Part shown: piece after piece, positions 1 through 13,500 of the stretch
Layout of the letters: every line of letters begins with the position of its first letter
Numbering within the stretch: the first letter of the stretch is position 1
Source: Eledone cirrhosa
Taxonomy: Eukaryota
Reading direction: 5' to 3'
NCBI GenBank assembly: GCA_964016885.1
Contig: OZ024740.1
Location: forward strand, 105,462,001 to 105,526,000
Length of the DNA stretch: 64,000 bases
Notes under the pieces: model-generated
The model's input: only the letters and a program-made list of their open reading frames with translations
What the model was told of the DNA's origin: nothing
The model's database searches: none
Made by a program: the position numbers and the translations under genes

Positions 1-29
1 TATATATATATAAATATATATATATAAAT

Positions 30-114
<85 letters not shown>

Positions 115-118
115 TTAT

Positions 119-826
119 ATAATAGAATAATCGAGTATCGGAAAATCAGCTCACGAATTAACGATAAACAAATCCGATATGAGTGGCAGAGGGCTCAATA
201 ATTTGGATAAATCAGAGCTATAACTATCGTTAAATTACCAACACATAAAGATTATGCCTAAAATCACCCGCGCAGCCGAAAAAGAACGACCAGGAGGATT
301 CGGGTCACTCAAATAAAATATCAATAAATCAATATTTTAATGAATGTAAAAAACTTACCCGCTAGAAGGGTGTTAAATCTAGCTTCTTGGGTTTCTGCAA
401 ATCCTTAATCCGTTCACTATCAGCCCACATAAAAATATATAAGACTTCTAGGGAAGGACGGGACCGGAAGAGCTTTATCAACGGGTTGCGTCCGAAAATA
501 AAGAAGTGACCTTTAGCCAGACACGCACATGGTGCCCAGCAAGGGAGATAACCTCTATATTAGCGAAAAACTTTCGCTAATGTAGAAATCATGTGGGGGT
601 ACAAAATATCACATATCGAATCAGAGTGCTCAATAGACATGTTAAAATAAACAGGAGCTATTCATCATTCAATAGAATCGACAAAAAAAATTATCAATAA
701 AATTAACTGGTCTAGAGCTAAATATAATAGAATAATCGAGTATCGGAAAATCAGCTCACGAATTAACGATAAACAAATCCGATATGAGTGGCAGAGGGCT
801 CAATAATTTGGATAAATCAGAGCTAT
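119..826 (+). mobile_element. Non-coding element with ~103-bp direct terminal repeats in (TA)n; probable PLE pseudo-LTR derivative
   Basis: 119-221 matches 724-826 (ataatagaataatcgag...aatcagagcta); (TA)n on both sides; degenerate hammerhead-like layout at 444-507 (acttc-TAGGGAA-ggacg...cgtcc-GAAA-ataa-agaagt). Confidence 0.6.
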
Positions 827-879
<53 letters not shown>

Positions 880-1011
880 AGGAGGTTATAGTTCACTTGA
901 AGCATTGTGTAATGAGGTATAAACGTTTGAATATGTGTAATAAGGCCAAGACAATGCAGGTATGGACATAGAAAAAAGAATGCAATAGTGAAAGATATTG
1001 ATGTGAATTCG

Positions 1012-1078
1012 TCTTTCACCTTGAATTTATTTAAATGTCCTAAATTTTCGAGATAATATCTCTTCTTCGGAGGCAAGT
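1012..1078 (-). ncRNA. Hammerhead ribozyme-like motif (variant core) in PLE pseudo-LTR
   Basis: Minus strand: ttgcct-CCGAAGA-a-gagat/att/atctc-GAAA-attta...taaat-TC-a-aggtga. Confidence 0.6.
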
Positions 1079-1485
1079 AAAGGTCTCAAACCAGCGTCTT
1101 TAAATCTCTAGCCAAGCCATGCTGACCGGAAATAGTATAGGGTATCTGTTCTAACTCTAATATCAAAGAATTAAAATTAGGTGGATAAAGAGTAGTCTCC
1201 CTTTAAGAGGGGTTTGTTTAGGTTTTTTTTTTTTTTTTTTTTTAAATTAATTTTATATACGTGCCTGTATATGTGTGTGGGAGAATGCATGAAGGTGTAG
1301 GTATGTGGGTGTGTGTGTGTGAGTGTGGGAAGATAGGTCTAATCGTAAAAGTGGGGGGTAGGTGTTATCTGGTGTTAGAACTGGTTTTGTGTGTGTATGT
1401 GTGAGAGAGAATAAGTGGAGGTGTAAGCGTGTGTGTGTGCGCGTGCGTGTGTGTGGGGTGTGTAAAAATGGGGCTAGAGGCCCTA

Positions 1486-4062
1486 TCAGGTTATAAATTG
1501 GGTGTTGAGCTCTAGTCTATTATTGATTGGCGGATGTGTTCTATCTATAATAAGTGCTTCCTTAATTCTAAGATTGCCGAGGTTTCTTTCCTTAGTTTCT
1601 ATCCTAACTGTTATGTTTTTATCGGTGTTTTTGCATTTAACTATGTGTTTCTTAAATGAGGAAGCGTTAGTATTGAGCTGTTCTTTTATTCTTATGTGGA
1701 GTGGTCTGGTGGTGCTACCTACGTAGAAGTTGTTGCATTTGTCACACTCTAGTCTGTATACTACGTAAGCCTGGTGGCATAGGTCTGTGTCGTTGATGGG
1801 GCAGTTGGCTAGTCTGCAGCAGTTGTCATGTCTGGTGGAGTGTCTCTTGGCCAGCCGTCCGCGCAGAGAAGGACCCGAGTGGGCCAGTTGGATATCCAGT
1901 CCCTCTCGTCTGATGGCTCTGCGGATGGCTGTTGTTGTTTCTTCACTGAAGTGTGGGAGCTTCAGGAAGCAAGTGTTAGTGCCTCGGGTGTGGTGTCCTC
2001 TGTTCTTTCTGGCACGGTTTGTGGTGGATGTCGTGTATCCGTTCAGTTTGAGTACTTCCAGGAAATGTGTGGAGTGTGTGTCTCGGTCTCTGGCGTCGGT
2101 GCATTTGTTCTTGATATGTGCCAGTTCGTTCTTTATGTATCCGAACTTGGCACCGAGTGGGAGGGCCGATCTGAAATGTACGAACAGGTCCCTGCTGGCG
2201 GATTTTTTATAGAAGCAGGTGTGGATGTTGCCTTCTTCTGTTACCCTGAGTTGGAAGTCCAGTAGGGATAGGGATCCGCGGTCATCGGGGTGTTCCATGC
2301 TGAACTTTATACTGGCGTCCATGCTGGAGAATGTTGCGTATATTTTCTCTGCCTCCTCACGGGATGATGTAAGGATGAGTATGTCATCTACATATCGGGT
2401 GAAGAAGGCATGGGAATGGCAGGTGTTGAGGGCTCGGCATTCTAGCTGGTTTATGTAGGTGATGGCCAGCAGGCCCGAAAGGCTGGATCCCATGGGTAAT
2501 CCTGTTGTCTGTCTGTATGTGTGGTGGTGGAAGGTGAAGTACGTGTTGTCTACTGTGAAGGACAAAAGCTGGTGTATGTCCGTCGGGTGGAGGCCGTAGC
2601 AGTGGATGTTCTCTGCGACCACGCAGTCCGTCAATAAATCGACAGCTGGGTGAGCGGGGACTGTAGTGTAGAGGGAGACAACGTCGAGGCTAAAAGCGTA
2701 TTTATTTAGTTTAAGTTGTTCTGGCTGGAGTTGGTGTAATCTACGTATAACTTCGTCGGAGCTACTGACATGTCCGGGGAAGGTGGAGAGTAGAGGCTTG
2801 AGGACCTGGGAGAGAAGCCAGGAAATTTTGTATAGGGGTCCTTCTATGCTAGAGACGATGGGTCTTATTTGCGTCTTAGTGCTATTCTTGTGGGTCTTGA
2901 TGAGGTGGTAGAAAGTGGGCAGTCTGCTATTTCTAGTGGTGTAGTTGAGTTTAATTTTATTCGGGAGTTGTCTTCTCCTACAGATATCGAACCAAATGGA
3001 ATTGGTCTGTTTTTCGATTTGTGCTGCGGTCATGTCCGGGATCACTGTGTACAATTCACTGTCGCTTAGGTGTTCGAAGGCTAGGTTATTGTATGTGGCT
3101 TGAGAGATGACGCAGAACTCTTTACCTTTGTCGGATGGTAAGTAAATAAGTTCCTTATTCCGTAGGTTCTTCAGGGCGAGTTGTTGTGTCCTGGAGAGGT
3201 TAGGGGCCATCTTCTTCTGTTTCCGTAAGATGTTAAATACGGAATGTTTTAGTCTCGAGAGTTTTTCTTCCAGCTCGCGGTTGGCGGGCGGTGGATAGAG
3301 TGGGCGATCTAGTTGGTATATCGGGAATCTGGGTGTGGTGGATTCCGTGGTGTTGTCGAGAGTCGATATCCATTTCAGTTGGTAGGCAGTCCGACAGAAA
3401 TTCGTTTCTATGTCGAGCCATAGTCTGTCGTCCAGTCTCTGTTTCAATATGAACTTGGGACCCAGGCTGAGGAGGTCTAATTCCTCTCGGGAGAGGGATC
3501 CTGTCAAGTCTGTGACGAGGTGTTTTGCGTCAGGTGTGTTGTTGGCCGGGGTGCCGCTAGGTTCGGTGTTGGTAACGTATTGTTCGCCTCTGTTGGTGTT
3601 TAGCGTTGGGATGTTGTTAAGACAGTTGGCCGTCCTGAGTTTGAGAAATGTTTGCGTTAGGCGTATTTTCTCGTAGTCTCGGCGGTGGTGGTATGACCTG
3701 TCTATAGTGGCGGAGATGACCCTGGACAGAGGTTCTGGGGTTTCAGCGAGTTGTGGTACAAGGCTGGAGATAGTTCGTATGTGATGTTGTAGCGTGCGGT
3801 GTAGGTGTTGTATGAGTTTTCTTAGGCAGAATTTTTGTATGTAACTGAGTGATCGTTTGAGGCCTGGTGATTTGAAGCATGTTGGTAGGTGTAAATTTTT
3901 GATGGTTTTGGGGATGATGTTATTCAGGCATCGTTTTAGGAAGTTTATTTGGCAGCCGGCTTTGGCGCGCTTTTCAGATAGCTGGAAGAGTTTCTTTACA
4001 GTTGTGAACTGGGCCTGGCTCAGGTGTAATGAAAGGAGGAGGTTATAGTTCACTTGAAGCAT
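1486..4062 (-). CDS. PLE reverse transcriptase + GIY-YIG endonuclease (858 aa from first ATG)
   Basis: Uninterrupted ORF with LGPKF, SDKG, IKTHK/IRPIVS, LDVVSLYT, GLPMGSSLS, RYVDD and VVYRLECDKCNNFYVGST; the ATG (MLQVNY) lies inside the 5' pseudo-LTR. Confidence 0.93.
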   Translation of the reverse strand: MLQVNYNLLLSLHLSQAQFTTVKKLFQLSEKRAKAGCQINFLKRCLNNIIPKTIKNLHLPTCFKSPGLKRSLSYIQKFCLRKLIQHLHRTLQHHIRTISSLVPQLAETPEPLSRVISATIDRSYHHRRDYEKIRLTQTFLKLRTANCLNNIPTLNTNRGEQYVTNTEPSGTPANNTPDAKHLVTDLTGSLSREELDLLSLGPKFILKQRLDDRLWLDIETNFCRTAYQLKWISTLDNTTESTTPRFPIYQLDRPLYPPPANRELEEKLSRLKHSVFNILRKQKKMAPNLSRTQQLALKNLRNKELIYLPSDKGKEFCVISQATYNNLAFEHLSDSELYTVIPDMTAAQIEKQTNSIWFDICRRRQLPNKIKLNYTTRNSRLPTFYHLIKTHKNSTKTQIRPIVSSIEGPLYKISWLLSQVLKPLLSTFPGHVSSSDEVIRRLHQLQPEQLKLNKYAFSLDVVSLYTTVPAHPAVDLLTDCVVAENIHCYGLHPTDIHQLLSFTVDNTYFTFHHHTYRQTTGLPMGSSLSGLLAITYINQLECRALNTCHSHAFFTRYVDDILILTSSREEAEKIYATFSSMDASIKFSMEHPDDRGSLSLLDFQLRVTEEGNIHTCFYKKSASRDLFVHFRSALPLGAKFGYIKNELAHIKNKCTDARDRDTHSTHFLEVLKLNGYTTSTTNRARKNRGHHTRGTNTCFLKLPHFSEETTTAIRRAIRREGLDIQLAHSGPSLRGRLAKRHSTRHDNCCRLANCPINDTDLCHQAYVVYRLECDKCNNFYVGSTTRPLHIRIKEQLNTNASSFKKHIVKCKNTDKNITVRIETKERNLGNLRIKEALIIDRTHPPINNRLELNTQFIT

Positions 4063-4199
4063 TGTGTAATGAGGTATAAACGTTTGAATATGTGTAATAA
4101 GGCCAAGACAATGCAGGTATGGACATAGAAAAAAGAATGCAATAGTGAAAGATATTGATGTGAATTCGTCTTTCACCTTGAATTTATTTAAATGTCCTT

Positions 4200-5360
<1,161 letters not shown>

Positions 5361-6040
5361 TAATTTTCGTTTCGTTTATATTTGTCGTTATTGAAACAAA
5401 TTCTATAATTTCACTGTCGGAAGAAGTTATTTTTCTTTCCATCTCCCACCACTACTAATACTTCAACCAGCCTTCTACGCTACTCCCTCTACATTTCATG
5501 CTCCCCTTCCCAACTCCTAGACTACACTCTGACTCCCCGCCTCCATCTCTCTACACATATCAACTAACACTTCAACCAGCTTCCTACGCTACTCTATATT
5601 CTGCCTCAATATTCCATAACTCCAACCAACTTTCGATATTACCCTTTCTACTTTCAACCTCCTCCTACCGCAAATACCCCTTAAACCAATTCCACCTACT
5701 ACTCCGTCTATTTTCCATCTCACACTGCAACTAATACTTGAGCCACTTTCCTATACAATTACAGGCAACTCTTCACCTACGTTAACGAATCATCGCTATT
5801 CCAAAATTGTTTGCCGCAAGGGATATAGAAATAAACAAAGAATGCTCCAGAATGGCCACAACGAACTCAATAGAAACAGTACAAGAGTGACAAAGAGTTT
5901 GTTTTAAAAAAAAACAAAAAAACAAACAAACAAAGAAACAACAACATCCCCTCATTTTCTCGTTCACTTATATATATATATATAATTGGTGTTGGATGCT
6001 TAAAGCATCCGTATACGGTATATATATATACCGTATGCGG

Positions 6041-6074
<34 letters not shown>

Positions 6075-6670
6075 ATATCATACATCGAGTGCTCAAACGG
6101 CCTACCGCATACATATATATATATATTCTAATAACCAACTTTTCACTATCTTATTAATTTGTGTTTGAGACACGTTGGCTGAGTACTTTTGACGGGAGCG
6201 GAAATATTAGTTATCTAATCTCCTGCCACCACGTAAAGTTTGTAAATCGGTGGCCAATCGGGGGACAGAGTTGTATCAGATTCCAGTTGCTCATCACTTT
6301 ACTGTGTCGGCCATCACAAACAGACTTAGCCGGCATGGATTGGAGTTGAATTCTGTCGACCGATTGGTTATTGATTAGGCGATACCCGCTGAGGAATCCA
6401 TATGTGCCGATTATGCATTGTTGCATAATATATGCAGACAGAGGGTGCAGTGCACCCTACTGCTGCATTAAATGTGGCCGAAACTCGAGTCAGGGAACTA
6501 CTATAGGCACCCGTTTACGTGTGTTGTATTGAAGCGAATAACTATGTGTATACTCTGGGAATGTATTCTACATTACCTATTGATTACGCTGAAATACAAC
6601 CGGTCCTGGCATTGATAAATATGCTGGGTCCGTCAACTCCTTATTGTTATTATTATTATTATTATTATTA

Positions 6671-9600
6671 CAGTTGCATTTATCTTGCTTTATGTTCATA
6701 CGAGTTATCACCAAGTCACAACCAGTGACCTCAAGAGACAACAAGGTCCGCCATGTTCAAGAAAGAACATACCTACTCACACATGCATTTTTAGTGTTTA
6801 GACTTGTGATGTACTTATATTGACAGAATCTTCCTTAGTATATGGGCAGTTCCCATTAGTACTATCTTTTGTATTTCTCCTATACGCGGGTTTCCTGGGA
6901 TTTGCGATAAGTAATCATTAGACCCCTTAGGTATCATTCCCAGAGCGCCTACAACCACTGGTATTGTTTTAGTTCTCAATTTCCACATTTTTCCAATTTC
7001 TATCTCCAGGTCCTTATACTTGCTCAATTTTTCAAATGTTTTTATAGATACATTCTTGTCTATTGGAACAGACATATCAATTAGCAGGCATACCCTCTTT
7101 TTAAAGTTCTTCAATATTATATCAGGTCTATTTGCATCTATTTTTCGGTCTGTTTGGATGTAAAAGTTCCACAAGATTGAGATGTGATCTTTTTCAAGTA
7201 TGGGAGGTGGTTGATGCTCCCACCAATTCTTTTGATGGGGCAGGCCAAAATGCTTACACATTATCCAATGTATGTATTGTGCAGCTCTGTCATGCCTGTT
7301 TAGGTATTCGGTTGGAGATATAGGACTGCACATTGAAATTATATGGTCAATGGTCTCTGGTTGTTTTTTGCATACACGGCATAATGGGCTGCATCCATTT
7401 TTTATTATGTTGGCTTGGTCATTTTTTTGTTGGCAGACACTGATCTTGTGCTGATATAATCAGTCCTTCAGTCTCTGATTTCAGTCCAGAGGATGCCAAC
7501 CACTGATGGGTTAAAGTTTTGTCAACATCAGGATTATTAACTCGCTCTGGGTATTTTCCATACAGAGGCTTTTCTTGCCATTTCTTAGCCAGTTTCTGTA
7601 GCAGTTCTTTCTTTGCAGTTACTTTTACCTGCTTTGCTTTTTCTGTGTTTTCCATTTCAGCAGTAAATGGGACTTCTGAAATTTTTAGTCCATTACTGTA
7701 TCTTTGTGCATCTTTTGTAATGGAATATGACCTTTTGATGCTTTCGTGTTTCAAAACGAGTTTGATCATCCAATCATGTGATTCCCTTAGATATGTAGAT
7801 AATCCAATTGTTGCAGTTTTCAACGCAATGTCTAACTGGATTAACCCACGTCCTCCTTCTTTCCTAGGGAGATATATTCTATCTATATCTGCCATAGGGT
7901 GATGCATTCTGTGCATGGTTAAGAGTTTTCGAATTTTTGTATCGAGCCTACGTATCTCTGTGCTTGACCAGTTGATGACATTGTAACTGTAGGTTACTAC
8001 TGGTATGGCAAGCGTGTTTATGGCATCGATCCTATTCCTTGCATTCAATTCCGTTCTTAAGATTGCTCTTACTCTGCGGTAACATTCCTTCCTTATCCTT
8101 TCCCTCATTGTCGAGTGCTTGATTCCGTCTCCTTCACAAAACACCTAGATATTTGTAAGTTTTTTCTTGATCAAGTTCTCTTATCACGTTCCCCCGATCA
8201 AGATTAATGTCTGAACTCTTCAGCAGCTTTCCTCTGGTGAACGTTGCTTTGGCGCATTTATGTAGTCCAAACTCCATTTTAATGTCATCACTGAACTGCT
8301 CCACAGTGGATAATAGCCCTTGCAATTGTTCATCATCTTTTGCAAATAGTTTCAGGTCATCCATGTAGAACAAGTGATTAATGGTTTTGTCATAGACTTT
8401 ATATCCATGTTTTGTTTCATTGAGCATTTTACTTAATGGTAAAAGTGCGATGCAGAATAAAAGCGGTGATAAAGAGTCACCCTGAACAATTCCACAATTA
8501 ATATTAACCCACCTCTCCAGCCTCCAGTGATTTTGTTTCACTATTCAAAAGGAGTGTCGTTTTCCATGTCTTCATACTGAATGACAAAAACCTCCTGACA
8601 ACGGGGGATATTTTGAAAATCTCTAAACATTTTTCAATCCAACTGTGTGGCAAACTATCGAATGCTTTTTTATAATCTATCCAAGCAATCGATAGATTTT
8701 TGTGTCTATTATGACAATCTTCCAGTATCATTTTGTTAACCAGAAGCCGATCCTTACAGCCATATGAGCCTCGTTTACACCCTTTCTGCTTAATGGGAAA
8801 TAGGTCATTTGTTATCAGGTGGTCATATGTGTATTCAGTTAGGACTGATGTTAACATTTTATACATTGTGGTCAAGCAAGTTATCGGCCTGTAATTTTTG
8901 GGATTGTTTGTCTCATCATTCTTCGGAAGCAGGAATGTAATGCCGTTAACTAGCCATGATGGTATCTTTTCTGGCTCCTTAACTATGTCATTGTAAAGTT
9001 TGGCTAACAGCTCATGAGATTCTGTGAAGGCATTTATCCAAAAGTTTTGTATTTTGTCTTTTCCTGGGGATTTCCATTTGCTGGTTTTTCTTAGAGCCAA
9101 GCGCAACTGTTCAACTGTTATATTTTCCCATATTTGTTCCTCAAGGTGAGCTGTATCTTTCATTTGTCTGTCTATCCATGGGGCATGTATGTTATGAACT
9201 TTTTCTTCGGCCCAGATCTTTTCCCAGAATTCTTGCACTTCCTCCTTGGGTGGTATTGATTTAGCAGTTATTGTTGACTTACCAATTTTTCTGTAGATGT
9301 TTCTTTGGTTGTTTTTGACATATTATTGTCCTTATAGAATCTAGATCGTTTTTCAAAGCGCCTTATACGAGCAGCTTTGGCCGACACTTTTTGCTTGATT
9401 ATTTCTATCAGCATGTCTATGTCACTTGTTGATTTTATACTGTTCTTTTTTTTCAATTTTTTAAGTTTAGTTTGTTTAACATGTTCACCTACTTTATAGT
9501 TTGTTAAAATTTCTATGTCAGATCGGAGAAGGTTTATTTGGCGATTGATGTTCTCTTGCCAAGTAGATTTCTTGTGGGAATTCCTTTGTTTTTTCATCTT

Positions 9601-10376
9601 CACTCCACACAAGTGAGTGGTGATTTTAGCCGATGCATAATAGAGATGATTTAAATCCGTAATGTTTAGTTTGTTTGTGATGATAATGTTTTTGAGAATT
9701 ATGTTAGTCTTGTGTATTATCTTTTGGTTCTGTTTGGAGTTCTGGATCTTAGGGAGGGTGTCTCGTTGCCCCATGTCAGATTCTTTCATTTTCATCCATT
9801 CGATCATAATTTCATCCTTCAAGTTGGCAAGTTCATTCTCATTCATTTCTTTATCATTTACGATCTCATTATTTTCATTTGGAGTTTCATCTTGAGCATG
9901 CACTCCCTCCACTTTTTCGATCCTTTCTTTAATTTGTTCTGTTGCCAGTGATTCCGCCCCAACCCTGGGATTCGAAGTGTTACAATCTACCTCGTTTTCA
10001 CTGACACATGTTTCATTTTCCCTTCGCTGACTTTGTGCTAATAGCTTGATCTGATCAATTTCTATATCAGTTAGTAACTTTTTTCTTACAATATTTCTTT
10101 GTATATTGGCTAGTTTGTTGCTGTCAATATAGCCTCTGTTTTCGGGATGTTTCTTTTTCCAGTTGATATATGTCTGTTCTGTATTCGATGTATTTGATGG
10201 GTAGTACATGGCAGTGTAGAAAGCCTCAAGGACTTCTTTATTATCTTCCCTTGACCATTTTTCTCTTTTTTTCTTTGGATTTCTTGGTGGTGAGCATGGA
10301 GGGCCAGTAGGAGTATTCCGGTTATGGGAGGTCTCCAGCTCCGAAGTGATGGGAAGTTTTGAACCATTAGCTGATT
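6671..10376 (-). mobile_element. R4/Dong-clade non-LTR retrotransposon, family A (frameshifted) in (TAA)n
   Basis: Consecutive ORF pieces 10367..6815 with KSPGKD, NYRPITCL, WIDYKKAFDS, QGDSLSP, HLFYMDD, GGRGL, CCHC finger, RHD and NRPDI..D RLE motifs; (TTA)n at both ends. Confidence 0.92.
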
Positions 10377-10390
10377 TTATTATTATTATT

Positions 10391-10465
10391 ATTTGTACCG
10401 TCCTGCATTGTCATGCACTGTCCTTAATGTCTACTTTATGTAAACCCTTGTGGTTAATAAAGAAA

Positions 10466-10467
<2 letters not shown>
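10391..10467 (+). mobile_element. Extreme 3' fragment of Tx1-like element
   Basis: Matches 24843-24919, ending taaacccttgtggttAATAAAgaaa-(ATT)n. Confidence 0.9.
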
Positions 10468-10503
<36 letters not shown>

Positions 10504-10520
10504 GTTATTGTTATTGTTAT

Positions 10521-13500
10521 TCCTTGAATCTCAGTCATTGATGTTGGTTAACTGGAAAGTCCGTTGGATTGAATATCAAGCCACTACCTGCAGCCTCAGA
10601 TATTCAGGACGTATCGGAGGGTTCTTGCTGTTCCAAGCAAGCATGCCTTTTGAAGCGTTCCAAAAAGCGTGAAGGGGCCGATTTTCTTTAACCATCCCTG
10701 GAAACCTTTGGAGATAGTCCCCAGTGCGCCTATGACAATCGGGATCACTTTGACTTCATGGCAGTTCCAAATCCTTTTCACCTCCCACTTTAGGTCCTGG
10801 TATCGGTTAATTTTCTCCCTCTCCTTCTCTTGCACTCTCGTGTCGAACGGGCAGGCCACATCCACAATCAGACACGATCTTTTTTCTTTGTCCACAACCA
10901 CCAGGTCAGGTCTATTGTGTTCCAGTTTTTTGTCCGTCTGTATCCTAAAATCCCAGAGCACCTTCACCTGATTGTTCTCCATCACCGCCTCTGGCCTATG
11001 CTCACGCCATTTCTCAGAATGTGGTAAATTGTTTACTTTGCACAGGTGCCAGTGGATCACCCTGCCCATCACATCGTGTCTCCAGCCCTTATAGTGGGTC
11101 TGGGCTAGGTGTTTACACTCGGACACAATGTGAGCCACAGTCTCCTCTCTCTCTCCACAGATCCTGCACAGTGGGCTAGCCTCCTCCTTGTAAATATGGT
11201 GCTTCAACCACTTCGTTTTGAGGGCCTGCTCCTGCGCAGCCATTAGCATTCCTTCTGTAGCCTTTTTGAGGTCTCCTCTTCTCAACCAGTTCCATGTCTG
11301 TGGATCTCTAAATTCAGTTTTCTCAAAGAAGGTACTATGAAGGGATTTTCCCTTAAGGCTGCTCTTCCTCCTTGATGTTATTTCCTCCTTGGACATCCCC
11401 TGGCCTACTGTCCCCTCCTTCAGTACAGTTCTGAGCATTGGCTCCTTACTATAGGTCACGTATTTGTATAGGTTGTTTTTCTCCATCTGAACACAGTCCT
11501 CTATGCTGATAAGACCTCTTCCACCCTCAGATCTCCTTAGGTAGAGTCTATCGACATCACTCCTCTTGTGGAACATGTTGTAGATAGTCAATAGCTTCCT
11601 AGTCTTCCTAACCATTTCTTTTTTTTCAGCAACATTCCATCTCAGAATTCCCGCACTGTACCTAATAATAGACACAGCTCGGGAATTTACTGCGCTTATG
11701 GCATTTCTGCTGTTCAGATGTGACTTCAATACGCTCCTTACTCTCCGAATGTATTCAGTTCTTAACAATTCCTTCATTTTTTTGTTCTTTATGCCATCAG
11801 CCTCCAGAACGCCCAAATACTTGTATCCTTCCTCCGAGTCAATTTCCTTTATCATCTCACCTGTTGGTATCTGGATCCCGTTACTTCTGCTCAACCTACC
11901 CCTCCTCATCACAATGACTCCACATTTACCAATACCAAACTGCATACATATATCACTGCTGAAAATACGGACAGTGTCAACAAGCACATCCAACTCCTTC
12001 TCACTTTTCCCGAAGAGCTTAAGATCGTCCATGAAGAGGAGGTGATTGATGGTAAGCTCTCCCCTTCCCAACTTGTATCCTGCTCTCACTTTTCGCAGCA
12101 TAATGGTCAAGGGCATCAGGGCAAGGACAAACAACAGAGGGGACAGGCTATCTCCCTGGAAGATACCTCTCTTGATCTTCACGCTTCCCAAGGGTACTCC
12201 AGTTGATGTCAACTCTGTCTCCCAGGACCCCAAACTCCTGCCTAGCAACTGTCTGATGTTATCTGCCACCCTGAAGATCTCCAGGCTTTTGGTGATCCAA
12301 GAATGAGGCACCATGTCAAATGCCTTTCTGTAGTCTATCCATCCCATGGCAAGATCAGTGTGTCTCCTCCTGCAATTCCCCATTACCATCTTATCAATAA
12401 GTAACTGGTCCTTTGTACCACCTGACTTCTTTCGGTATCCTTTCTGTTCGTCCGGTAACAAGTTGTTTGTGTGGAGGTGATGGTAGATTTCCTCAGACAC
12501 AATGCTCGTCAACAGTTTCCACATTACGGACAGACATGTGATAGGTCTATAGTTGGTAACATCATTACCCTTGATTCGGTCTTTCATTATCAGAACTGTG
12601 GTACCTTTTGTCAACCACTCTGGCACCTCACCCGACACCAAGCAGTCATTGAACATGGCCGTCAGCTTCGGGTGGAGGGATGTTAAATGTTTAATCCAAT
12701 ACCCCTGCACACCATCTGGGCCTGGTGATTTCCAGTTGGTTAGTTTTTTGGCCTGCCCCTTAAGAGTTTCAACTGTGATACTCAAATCAGTTTGTTGCTG
12801 TGCCTGCTCACCGATCTCCCTCTGTACTGTCTCAATCCACCCTGCCTGGACATTATGTCTAACATCCTGCTCCCATATTCCTCTCCAGAATGTTTTAGTT
12901 TGCTCCGCCCCAGGGATCAAGTCGTTGCCTCTTTCTTTCCCCTCAAGCTGTCCAAACAGCATCTTCTGGTTGTTGTCGAACATGCGGTTCTGTTTATACT
13001 GACTGACTCTGTTCTCGTATCGCCTGATTTTTGCACTCTTTGCTACAATGCGTTGCTTCAGTTCCTCTATGATAATATTTAGCTTTTTCCTCCTAGTTTT
13101 GTATTTTATTTCCAGTCTATTTTTAGTGCCTATGTTTTTTAGTGTCCCATTCAGTAGTGACTCAAGCTTTCCTATGTCATTTCTCATTTCCCCGATTTGC
13201 CCACTCAGTCGCTTCTTCCACCACGGCTCTGCTCTTTCTTGTCTGTTGTTTCCTCTCGCTTTTATACCAAGTAGTTTCCTCACCGTATTTGCTGTTGCTT
13301 TGAGGATATTGTTGCACTGGTGAAGGCTCCTCGCCTCAAGGTATGGGATGACTTTGTTTACCTTAGCTGTTGTTTCTTTTAACTTTTTCCGGTCTACAAA
13401 TCTTAGGTTCATAGGTCTCCCACTATCATTGTTCAATTCATCTACCACTAAATTTAGGATGTCAACCGAATCTTGTCCTAGCCCGTCAGCATTCATCTCC

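Larger units (their letters stand above)
876..4198 (-). mobile_element. Penelope-like element, apparently intact, with direct pseudo-LTR repeat
   Basis: RT+GIY-YIG ORF; 166-bp identical direct repeats 876-1041 and 4033-4198; (TA)n on both sides. Confidence 0.95.

Noticed and set aside
255-317. Mini-ORF ending ERPGGFGSLK, resembling dUTPase motif 5
   Set aside because: Only 20 codons and no other dUTPase motifs; likely chance
1502-4048. Plus-strand ORFs overlapping the PLE (and antisense ORFs over Dong/Tx1)
   Set aside because: Shadow frames of the real coding strand
6130-6640. Non-repetitive segment left of the array
   Set aside because: No ORF, terminal repeat or motif I can assign
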